DNA of 64,000 nucleotides from Tubulanus polymorphus (Eukaryota > Animalia > Nemertea): positions 3,504,485 through 3,568,484 of the forward strand of contig NC_134027.1 in the NCBI RefSeq assembly GCF_964204645.1, in the 5' to 3' direction. Every line of letters starts with the position of its first letter. Positions within the stretch are counted from its first letter, which is position 1. Of the stretch, positions 52,241 to 64,000 are shown in pieces. Below the pieces are notes generated by a model that was not told the DNA's origin, made no database searches, and saw only the letters and a program-made list of their open reading frames with translations. The translations under genes were made by a program, and so were the position numbers.

Positions 52241-55200
52241 CATCTTACTGTTTTACAAGGTGAGACATTATGTGTGATAGTGTGGAAATTCATCAAGGTG
52301 AGGCCTAACTTATATAATCCACCTGTGAATCGAATGTTTTGAAACGCTATGTTTCACTGATGGGCAGCTGTTTGTCATCTTTACGGTGACAGAGAGCACT
52401 TCACCTAATTCACATTGCGTGAAAAAACTCCTTTTCCATGTGCATATACATATTATATTTGGTGCTTGCTTACAAATATTTGACCAATATTGATAGAGTA
52501 TGGAAACTACCGATGAGATCAACTGAACTGATAAGTTACATCAGTATATTGGTGTCTTTGATGGTAATATTATGCCTATGAACTAGGGTTTGTGACGCCG
52601 CAAAAACCGCTACAATATTTTTTTTACTCCGCGTCATTCAAAGAATTCCGTGTGGGTCGATCGATGTGCACTACGTCATCAATTATAGCGTTTGAAAAAA
52701 TAATCACAATTGTAAATTTTGGCGTTATTTTGAAATTAGATTCATTTCATATCTCTTATCTTATTTTTGATAATTTTCAATAAGTATTTTTGAGAGGATA
52801 CGTGCTGCACTACGTCATCGGGGATGGACTGGTTGCCGGCCAATTCGATTCAATCATCGATATATTCAAATCCAAAATAACATAATTGATCCTAAATAAC
52901 AAATGATCTATATTATTATATTAACTATTCAATAAATGTGTTATTTTTCAAAGCGTCAAGTTCGTTGTTCATATGTTCAATCAGCCAAAGGCGATGAAAT
53001 GTATCCTGTTTGTTTATAACGTTTTCTATATTAATTAGTTTCGTGTTGACGCGATAATAAATTTCGATATTTTATGACGCTGATATAAACTATGTTCGAT
53101 TGAATATGCGTGACGCTGTCTTCTTGCCGCCGGATTTGGGCGGAAAAATTGACTTAAAGCTGAACGCGCGAATCGTAGAGCAGTATGTTATTGACAGCGT
53201 GACACATTGATATCAAAATCCTGTGTAATTATTACACGGCAAATGATGGAATAGTTGATTACTCACAGGTGTAGTTGACATCACTCAATATTCGCGGCTA
53301 ACTTTTTACATTAAAACGGGATAGTTAGCAGTTACACTGTTGTGTTTATATAAGCCATCGTCGGATACTTTGAACTTACAATGATCGATGTCCTTTATGA
53401 TGTATTATACGACTGATTGCAGTTGTTACATATACAATAAGGCGCTCGATTGGATTAATGAAGTTTAATTTTTCTTTATGGCCTAATATAATTGGTCACC
53501 TCGGCTTTTATTGCCAGGGGTTATCAGACAGAATGTGCCCAAAACGATTAGTTACTTCTGAACTTCATACGCGAATCTCTGAATATATTCATGGCCATCA
53601 TTATAACACGAAGATAGACTGTGTTGATTTCAGGGTTGCGCGAGTGATTCACGGTGAAGAATTAATTCTCATCAATGATTTGTGGGTTATGTATTTGTTT
53701 TTGAGTGTTGACTTCCGGCAAAGCGGCTTCCGTCTGATGTGTACTATAAAAGGAATGATTCATATTTTAGTTGCATCACATCTCTATTATCTTTACTCAT
53801 ATATTTCATTGTAGCTATCGCTTTATATGTCTGACTGTTTGCCTTGCCTGTAATAAATTTCACTACGGGAGGTCACTTAATGCGACCATAAAAATTCTTT
53901 CCTATCAAGACGCAGATCCACACATTTCATATTGCACTAAACCAGTTCGTATGGTCACTCCGGGCTATTCTACATGAAAATAATGTATACACAAACAAAA
54001 GACGATGATAGCTATTGAGTGGATCCGAGTATTGATGTGACGCCTTCGTCAAATCAAACGTCATTGTAATGACAACGAATTGTTCTGATATAGTTTTTTC
54101 GCCAATACTTTGACTGTGACTGGCATCGTGCATAGTTAGGCTTCCTAATTAGAGGTTTGCCTTTCATATGATTAACAGTTTATTTAAGTAATCTGTTGAT
54201 GACACATATTGATTATCTTGTAATTCTAATAAAGACACTCAGCTCAGTCTATTACGGCGTCATAGCACCGCGTCAAATTTGAAGAAATCGAGCAATTTAC
54301 CAGCCATCAAAACATCGATAAATCTACGGACGAATCTTGAAAATATAAAAATCTTTTTGATTCCCAGGTAAAGCTTCTGATCTATGTATTTTCCTAGAAA
54401 CACCGTCGCTGGCTTATCGTATGGTATCATTTTCAGTATATTAGCATTCGAGCTATTTATCCGCTGCAGGAACTTGAGTGCAGCGTGGACGTTTGTGACA
54501 ACAAAGCTTTGTCAATCCGCTGTCATCGGAATGAGAATGCTAGAAATTTTATACCGTCTTCCTGCCGTCTTGATGTGCAAAACATGGCTGCTGATGAGAA
54601 CACAGGCATCAACTCTACATTGTGACGACCTGAATTGATGACACTGCTGAGTCAAAAGTCTATCAACGTCAACTTGACATGAAATGGGCAGTATTCCGTG
54701 TTAGAAAATGAAGTTCACCGACTGTATGACTGCTTCAGGGTTGTTGACATTTTTCCGTGTAGTTGGTATCATATTCTGTTCAATGCGCTGCAGCTGATGC
54801 ATAATTTTCTTTTCCTGTCACGCATTTGAATCGTATCAGTCACCAGTGTCATTATAGACGTATAATACATATGGAATCCCAGGAACGATCTTTTGATTTA
54901 GATTATTAGTAATTCAGGGCCGTAAGCCAAAAGCATTTTTTCTTATTTCTTAAGATTAACTTTACCCTGGTGAAAAATTGTCTCTTTGGAACCAGAGAAC
55001 TGCCCTGTCACCAAGCTTGAATGGTCACCACAACACTGACTAGCCATCACAGCTACGCAACTGGTCACCACATTGACCACTGACCTCATACAAAAAACAC
55101 TTCATGATATCATCTTTGAACATTCAGTATAACGGTTTGTACGCTAGGCCCTCGGTTCGAACCCTGCACTCAGTTCCACAGTTTTAAGCTAAGATTTGAC

Positions 55201-57592
55201 TGGTAATTAATTCAAATGAACTTATTTCAACACCGAGTTAACTTACATATGTGGAAGTGGATCGTAGATGAGCTAGGGTTGGGCACGAAGGCTGCATTGG
55301 TACTTTACTAATAAGAACATATTTTTCTGAGTTAGAAAACGTATTTAAATGTTCTAGTTTTGCCTAAAAGCTTTTTTTGTGGAAAAAGGTGACATTTTTT
55401 AGATAGAAAATGCGCTTACAAATTCCAGGCTAATACAGACCTGATTTGAGGCTTAATTGATACTAATACTATACTAATTAATAACGTTGCATGTTAATTC
55501 AATTAGGGGCTTAGTAATATATCGATCTTTTTATTTCAATACGTTTAGTGAACATTTCCATTCTTTACCTAGATAGTCACCACCACATACCACGAGTTCA
55601 TTATCAGTTGCTTCATTAATTTGATGATCACTTCAACAGATGTACTGCACCATCATTATTTCAATGGTTGACACCTGTCTTGCATTGTGTTGCTGCTGCT
55701 CCTTGCAACCATCTGTTAGATTCCTCTTATGTATATGTATATACGTAACGTATAGATTGGGAAATCATAGAAAATGCTCCTGCTAATGTGTATAGGATAA
55801 TTCAGCGCCACTTTAGATTTCAGTGCAGTCGGTGGTTTATATTCGAATTTCCAGTAACACGTCGCAATCGTTTTCTATAGTGCATTTATTAATGGATGAG
55901 ACCTGTCTTTTTCTGGGATATTTCACTTACTAATTGTATACATACCTCGTGTAGGTCTTAACGGAATGCCAAAAATCGCGGACAACAACTGTTTTATACC
56001 AGTTCTGTACCGATAAGAAGGATTGCTAGAGTCCCTTTGAATCAAGTTAAATAAGGGAGAAAAGCCTCCATTTTGTGAATTTCTTGAATCTGGACATTGT
56101 TAGCATTGCATATGAGAAATCAAGATTGTCACGTGCACAATAGTTCATACATATCATATAAGGAATTTCAATGAAATGCTGAAGGAAGTACAGGGTCAGC
56201 TTCATAGTTTGTACGAAGTTGTATTTTTGAGGCGTCGCCCCGTTTATGCCGGCTGTGTACTGGCAGCCATTTGTTCTCCGTTTGATGGATGTAGTAATCA
56301 AGCCCTAAATGATGATGAATTAACAAATTAGTGAATAGATGATTAATAACCTTATACCAAACATGTTTGAACAAATTGTTGTGCAGAAAAATACCTCCAC
56401 AAGAGAGCCGGGTATTATAGGGGATCCGGCAAATTTTGCCCATTATGTTGTTCTTTAGACAATAAATCAAATACACGTGGTTACAGAATAACAGAATATG
56501 GAGCCCTCAATGATACACGTAGAGCAAAACATTTATATTGAATTTCGAAAAAAAATTCAAAGTCACCATCTGTAAATCGAAATCTCATATGATATGGTGT
56601 TGTGTAGGGTAATCGTGTTTATCTTTTTTCCTGCTTGAATTATATACGTGTGTGATTCAGATATTAAACCGATCATTTTTCACGCCAAGATCAAATTTGA
56701 ACGATCATGTGCCACGACATACAAAAAATCCATTGGCTGAAAACTGATTGTTGTTGATGATTCAACAACGTTTTTGATTCAGTAGTTCAAACACGATTAC
56801 ATGTTAACGCTCGTTTTGCCGGTAATTCACAAGATAGATAGACTTCGGTAATATAATACCGAAAACTAGTTATAAAACAGGGAACGTTTGGTGTCGCGTC
56901 ACTTTATTCGCATTTATTGTTTGGCAGATGGCACTAATGACTGTGTCATTCATCATATGATGGACATGAACTGTCATAGCAGGTCATTAGATCTACTTCA
57001 GTATTTTTGAAAAATCAATTTGAAAATGGCTGCGACGTGTTTGTATAGCGTGGGGTTGAAATTTGTATATTGTCATGGGACGAGTGATTTGTTGTCTATA
57101 GGGACGAGGGATCACGTAGCCTGCGTACTGTCAAATGCCTTCAAACACAACGACTCATCAGTCACTGCTCGGCTTTCATCATCAAAATTAGCTTCGAAAA
57201 AGTCGGTGCCTCTAATATCTCATTTTTCACGACCTTGACATATATTGAATTTGATTGATTATAGTGTAATGGTATAATTTGTGGTGTTGTTTGTTTGAAT
57301 CGTCGTTATAAATCATGCGAGATTTACAAAAGAACCAGGAGATGTCCACGAGGGTTCGATACTTTTTGAAATAATTTATCTATATGATAGTGTTTACACA
57401 TATATACACGATGATCGAATGGCGGCCATTTTGAATCTTCATTTCACTAAGGCATTTTTCTAGAAACTGTTAATTGTCAGAAACTTCAATTTTGAATTGA
57501 ATCGGAAACTCTTATTCCAACAACAAAAATGTTCCATATTACAAACAGTTTTAGAGTCGATAAGATACACGACAATATCCGCGTAAGATGAA

Positions 57593-57753
57593 TACGAGAG
57601 AAATCCCAATTCAGCCAAACATGTAAAGTTCTTGAGTTCCTTTAAAGCAGCACTCAGGTCGCCCTACGACGCGACGCAACTGAAGACCACGACCACGACC
57701 TTTACTCACGAACTTTACATCTTTGGCTGAATTATTGCGGGATTTCTCTCGTA
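57593..57753. mobile_element. Tc1/mariner-type MITE with ~45-50-bp terminal inverted repeats flanked by TA
   Basis: Left end TA-cgagagaaatccc-aattcagccaaacatgtaaagttc; right end is its reverse complement (with a 5-nt indel) ending ctctcg-TA. Confidence 0.75.
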
Positions 57754-58640
57754 CAGAAAGTTTTACTAGTTGTAACGATCAAGGAGAGACAGTGAATGCG
57801 ATCACCGGGAATCGGACCCGAGTTTCGCACATAGAACGCAGGCGTGCTATATAGTGCGTATATGTGTAACGCTATATCCTGCACCATAAATAACATTTTT
57901 TATTTTTCATCGATGGATCGAGCCGGTGAAAATTTCCAGAATTGTCAGATTCTGAGTCTGCTCACACACGCACCAGAGGCAATTATATGTTATTAATCGA
58001 AAGAAATTGATGTTTCAGTCGGTGGAGTTAATTTATCAGTGTCCTATAAAGATCACATTTTGATGAATTATTACATACTAGAAGTCAATCAGCTAATTTT
58101 CTACTTCATCATGTTTTAATAGCGATACGACGAAGCATTAGTGGCAACTAAAATGCGACAATCAGTTCAGAAGGAAATCCATTGACTATAATTTTTCGAA
58201 TTTGAGAATTGTGGCCATCATTTACGGGACGTGCCGTGAAAAAATATGCTCATTTATAACAATCTTTGTATAATTGTCCTGTCAGTAGAATTCATTTATC
58301 ATCTTTGATCTAGTATTATGTAACGATGTTTGAGTTTGAAAAACTTCGATTTTGATGATGTTGATGATGATTCATGCTGTTTAGGAATGAATCGTCGGCA
58401 GAAAAATGGACTGTAATTACGAGTATTTTATATCAGAACACTCGCACTATTCACATTCAACCTGTCAAATATCTCCCGGTGCCAATCACTTTCAATACTG
58501 TATCAAATTGCTGAATTTATTTTCTAAATCGAAGTTAAGGAATTCTCTCAGAAGTTAACTGGAAAAATGAATAAAAGATTTGGGAAAAGTAAAGCTTATA
58601 AAAAGAAGTTTGTCGTGAGCGTGTTGAGTTGATGGATTTT

Positions 58641-58713
58641 AAGGCAGCCACTGGGAAAATTCGATCTCGTAGCCGTCTGAGGCGATCGCCCTAACCATTC
58701 GGCCACGCTGACC
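58641..58713 (-). mobile_element. tRNA-derived SINE head or degenerate tRNA pseudogene
   Basis: Minus strand GGTCAGCGTGGCCGAATGGTTAGGGCG is a Leu/Ser-tRNA-like 5' end with a clear A box; the B box is degenerate (GATCGAAT). Confidence 0.5.
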
Positions 58714-61700
58714 GGTATACCTTCAGAGGTTTCTCCACCTGACGTCACAGCACGTCAGCCATAAACCATGTGACGTCAGCGAAGATGCATAAAACGTCAT
58801 ACCGGCCGTTCGTGTGTGACTTTTTACTTCAGATAGCGGCCTGCACTCGGCTTAAATGATACATCAGTTTTTTTATCTTGATCATTTTATTTTTACGCTG
58901 TATATTTTGCTTTCCACCAGTTTAACTTTAAGTGACAGTAGTTTGGCATCATTTCCCTTGCTCATCACATTCGAGTAGCATTACTGATGGCGCCAAGTGG
59001 ACCGATTGCAAATCGACACTGATAGCCAAGTCAAATGCAATTAGCACGATTGTTAATTACCGTCATTCCCGATGATGTCACGTGGCCGCAATCCACGTCA
59101 TTTCTGGTGACAAGGTATTTTCTGGCCGGTAAACATCGTTTCTATATTTGATGTCTGAAATGTCAAAGCAAGTCTGAAAGTGCCTTGGGAAAATGGTGTA
59201 TGCCTGTCGAGATCTATTTGGGAGTTTGACTACGAATAGAATGTAGTTGTCTGAGTTCATCCAGTCTGTATCTCACATCTCATGTAGTATGATTAACGAT
59301 TTTTCTCTACACAATCAACATTATTTAGGAAATTAGCAAGTCTTAGGGAAATGTTGAATTATCTTAAAGTCATTTTGTATGCATCCTCTGTGTGGTGGCT
59401 CATCAAACTTCAGAACTGTGTCAAAGTGATTCCGTTTCGCTCCGATGAACTTAAGTTGATACCTTTTTATGTACCATCGACGAGTATGAACAAAATCATT
59501 TTCATTTGTGTGTGCTGTCGATCGCAGTTTGACTTTCTGTTGGAAGTCATGTTTCCTCGTGAAAGATCTGTCTTCATTACTACGCTACAGGGAATCATCT
59601 GTAATGATTATAAGAGCTTTCTTAATTATACCCCTGGGTCTTATCTGGAGGTTGGTATCAGCCTACAGAATAAATAGAAGCCGCTGTCATCACCAGCAAC
59701 AAGACTTTGTGATAAACTGAAATTTGAGTTTATTCGTAATGAATTATTGCTAAATACCAAAAATAAACCTCGTGTATAATTACCCCAGTCAAATGTGTAT
59801 GGATGGTGTATTTTGTATTTGTTTAGTTGGGAATGTTAAATGTATGCCGCAAAGCACTCGAGACGAGTTGTGAAATTCGCATCCCACTCACAAAACTGAT
59901 AATTATATATACTGTATGATATGACAGTAAGAGTTCTTCACACGTCATATGTGTTTGACATGGAGTTGGTGCCAATTTATTGTCGGGGATTATTCACGTC
60001 AACTTGACATGAAATGTACATCAGCGCGTGATGCAAAATTGACGTGGAATAGACGTTAAGATTTTTCTCCACGTCAGATTTCGAAATACTTCAGCAAAAA
60101 TTGACGTACTGTTTGATTGGATGTACAATAGTTTCTGCCACTTGCCGGCCGTATGCAACGGCTCATTTCGGGCCCTTCGTCAAACTAGCGCGCGGCTGTA
60201 ATACGCTATTTGGCAGACAAATTTTCAGAAGTCATCCACACGCACGATGGAGTACCTTTTGAAAGTCAGCAATGACTGTGCCTGTCAGAACCGTGTACTA
60301 GGCTTGGCTCCGGAGATTCTGCATCGTTGCTGATGATAGTGCTCAAACACTTCAACCGAGTGTTCCAGTACGGCTACAGTGGACACACGGAAAGAGCAAC
60401 ATATGACTAAACTGAAAACTTTTTTGTCTTCGATGCTTCTTAGAAGTAAAGATGGCGATCGACTGACCTAAAGTTTTTGCCCCATTTGATTTTTGATCAC
60501 GGTTCGTAATTCTTGCGCGAGAGCTTTTGGAATGCCTTCGAAGCAATGTCCATGTCATTCGTGCCGAAAATATATGTCTTTTCTGAAATATTGAAATATG
60601 CAAAATGCCTTATAAACAATTTTGCAATTGATATATAGATTAGAGCATGCCAAAAACAGTTAAACAGCTGGTGAGGTATTTTTATTCAACTGCAATTTAT
60701 TCATCTACTTGTTCTAGATTTTTGAAAAGAAATTTATTACGGCAACACCATTGAAAATTCTCCGTCTGCATTGTGCGGCTTGAAAGAATGTAAATATAGA
60801 TGGATTTATGTAATTCGAACTGACCATGTCCATAACATTGGATGCATTGTAGATGTCTGACTCCGTTACCGATTAAGAAAATGGTATCGGGTTCAAACTA
60901 ATGAACATTTCCTTGTTGATATCTATGTAGGGATGATACACGCCTATCACAAAAAAAAGATTGCTATTTGATATGGATGTGTGCCTTATGCCATACAATC
61001 TAGTTAATAAAAATTTTGCCCACAGATATAAAGCTAAGATTAATGACGAACTGATGATTGATGGTTGTACATCAGAAGGAGTCCCTGCTGAATGGATCTG
61101 GCTTATGTTGCTCGTATGTATCAAATCATAAATATGCAAGCTTACATTTATATTTCTATGGCTGTAGGATTGTCATATGATCGGTATAAAAGGCAAAAAA
61201 AAACGCTTGAATATTAATGTTTGTTTGTAGAAATATGAAACTTTATCTTGAGCGATCCATCAATGGTTCTGTGAATAACTAAAATAACGTGTACTACTGT
61301 TTCAGTCCTTTACAAAAGTACCAACAGTGCCGGTAACTCTCCGCTCGAACTGAATTCATATGTTGGATGCAGAAATATCTTTTCACCTTTACTCTGAGGT
61401 GGACCAGAATTGGATTGAATCAATTTCACTGGTTTCTATAATGACAACAAATGTCCGCGGTCTCTGTGTATAAAAAAACGCGCCCCAGTTGAGTACATAT
61501 TGACATATGTGGAGTGTTGATTGACTGGGTATGCCATCAGAATTTTAATTAAATTTACAATAGTGAGTGATTTATATTTCGTAGCTGCCGTTAGAACAAA
61601 GAGCTAAGTTATACATTGTATGATTTATGGTGCGATTCTACCGACAAATATCTACCGATGACTGGTCTGATGAATGGTTGTGTTTGATATTGCGCGCGGA

Positions 61701-64000
61701 TCACGCGTCGATTATGATCAACTTCTCACAAAAATCGTTAAAACTTCGCCAACTTTTTTTCTACGTCGAAATTTTGATAAATGATTTTTTGTTGTTGATC
61801 GAAACTTGACTGAAAAAGGTGCGACAGATTTTCAAATCAATACCTTTAGTTAATTCAATAAGGGGTATTTTCAGGCGAGTTGTTCAATGTCGGAGTAAGT
61901 TGAAATTTATGGAGCTATAACTCTCCCTTAGCTGCTATTTCTGTTTTGCTAGGAAGCAATAATTCACTTTAATTCGGATAGAAAACACAAACTCAAATGG
62001 CTTGTAGCCACATTAACAACCTCTATACCCGAAAACAGTCATTATTTCATCGCGGATTGAATAAATGTCCTTTCATGAAGAATTCATAAAAACATATTCA
62101 AAAATTGAACCGATTGTAATTGAGTTCTGATAATGAAAAGGACAAGATGCAGAGACCATGTATTATTTTGTCGTTTTTCCTCTTCGATATAGAAGCTGAT
62201 ACGTACCGAGGGTCATGATGCCCTTGCACCTGGTGCACCTGTCTGTTTTTCGCATATATAGCTGATAGATCAATACTTGTCATATACATATATAATAAAA
62301 TTTGTTTTATTTTGTGCGAAAATGTCATAGTTAAATGCTGATGAAAATTTGCATCGATTTTTGAGATGGTAGCCACTCATTTCCCACGTCAGTTGTCGAA
62401 TTGTTTATCACGATTCTATTTTAATCACGTTAACTAAATGCGACTTTTCTGTACTTAACATCACACATGAGATGGTTACTAATTATGTGTAGTATGGAAA
62501 TATTATAGCCTTCCAATATATTCGTCATAGCTTGGAGGGAAAATGTGTCAAGATGGCTGCCGTGACAATATCGACACTTATTTTGCTGTCAATCATTCAG
62601 AAACAAACACTTACGTATAATACTTGTGATTGAGAAGTATTTCAGCCTTCAATTCGGTTACATTTGGTATAATGAGTAGGACAAAAAAAACCCCAAGAGC
62701 GCCACCACTCCATTACTATGCAAATGCATCGAAATGACATAAATTTCAATCATTCATCAATATATATGCCATGACGCGTTTATTGCATTCAGACATTGAT
62801 CCAACACTAAAACTAGCGGTAAATAAAACTATTGCAAAAATATGAAAATGTATTTCATCGAATAAGCCTATAAAAAAAAACGCTTACTTACTTGCACTTC
62901 AAACAATGACAATTCAAATGGAGAAATAGAAAGAAAATTGTTATAAACACTGTTATCACCTTACCGTAAAAATACATCTTTTCATTTGTCTTCTAAAGAT
63001 ATGAAAGGTCGTTATGAAATAAGCTATTTTCAAGATCATCGATTATGTGCTGTAGTTGTATCTCAGCAGTTCACTGTTTAGGGGCCTTTTATGAGAGAAA
63101 GATTGGACGTGTCGTACACAGTAACTGTTCCTCTAATTGTCAGTGTTAGGCGTCAACATGGATTAGCATTGACTTAAATATATCGTTTTAGTGCTGACAT
63201 CGTTGTTAGATCAAAGTCGTAATTGCTTTGACCAAAGTCGTTATTTTGTCTTAGTAATCATGCATACCGTCACTAGTGATGACCTGCCTAAACTGTTTAA
63301 CCCTTGCTCGATGTTTAGATGAGGTTGGACCTAGGGATTCTTATCGGATGGAAAATGATTACTGTATTATAGCAGACCTCTCATGTTCGCTACTAACCGA
63401 GCTATTTGTGGTGGTAAATGTCTGTTTACACGCGTTCGAACACAACGACTGTGCCCGATGTATTTGCAATAACCATGGACGTATAAACTAGAATTTACGT
63501 CCATGGAATATCTTATAGATTCCCGGCTTTTGAAGATAACATTTAGATGGTTTCTCAATCGCGATCCCATTGTGACGGCCTTGCTGAGTGTCTTAGTACA
63601 GAGGCTTTAAATAACAGGTTATATCGATTGAACGATATACACATCACTCGTTTCCTCCGTGACAAATCGCGACATACAGTTGTAGACGATAAACAGCACT
63701 TCAGGGGCTGTAAATAGATTTCAGTTGGATGGTCCCACGTTATTACATGTCATCATTTTGTTGGTTTGCCGGTTGACGATTTTAGATAGCATGTATACTG
63801 TTCTCGGGTTATCACTCGTCACGAACGGTCTTACCAACAGACAGTTCCGGTCTGAATGAACATTTGCGAGGTCATTCCTATTATTTCCATGTAAGGAAAT
63901 TAATCTCGGTGAATTGGTGTTGGTTTTTTTTCAGTGCGTTGAGTTAGTTATCGGTGACTGTTCCGTTCACTGCCGCCACGGGTGACGTCTGTGGTTAGTG

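Noticed and set aside
55140-55175. Isolated B box GGTTCGAACCC as a tRNA gene
   Set aside because: No cloverleaf or clear A box; at most a SINE fragment.
59351-59720. Overlapping 108-aa and 70-aa ORFs
   Set aside because: No recognisable domain or consistent splice structure in the frames I examined.

Overview
Gene-dense, AT-rich eukaryotic (invertebrate animal, spiralian-like) genomic DNA with short GT-AG introns. I spliced the genes by hand. In order: 5' part of SLC2A13/HMIT (-), a ZZ-zinc-finger/EF-hand protein (+), CFAP276/C1orf194 (-), a multi-C2H2 zinc-finger gene (+), MRPL36 (-), TPX2 (+), CYLD (-), NDUFS6 (-), CIAPIN1/anamorsin (+), ZNF407 (-), and a 40-nt first coding exon (MPRLKQIRPKRMN) that most likely starts a teashirt/tiptop gene; its intron appears to fill the last 16.5 kb. 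Ten of these eleven genes form five head-to-head pairs. Most notable: (1) two duplicated, intact, synonymously diverged terminal exons of CFAP276; (2) a 420-codon ORF with a hydrophobic N-terminus and 12 x 11-aa repeats inside a CYLD intron, followed by a long hairpin; (3) tandem kappaB-like sites at the CYLD 5' end; (4) an apparently exact 512-bp tandem duplication across the start of the ZZ-EF gene; (5) apparent ancient microsynteny with vertebrate ZNF407-TSHZ and MRPL36-NDUFS6. Orthology calls rest on recalled motifs; no database search was run.
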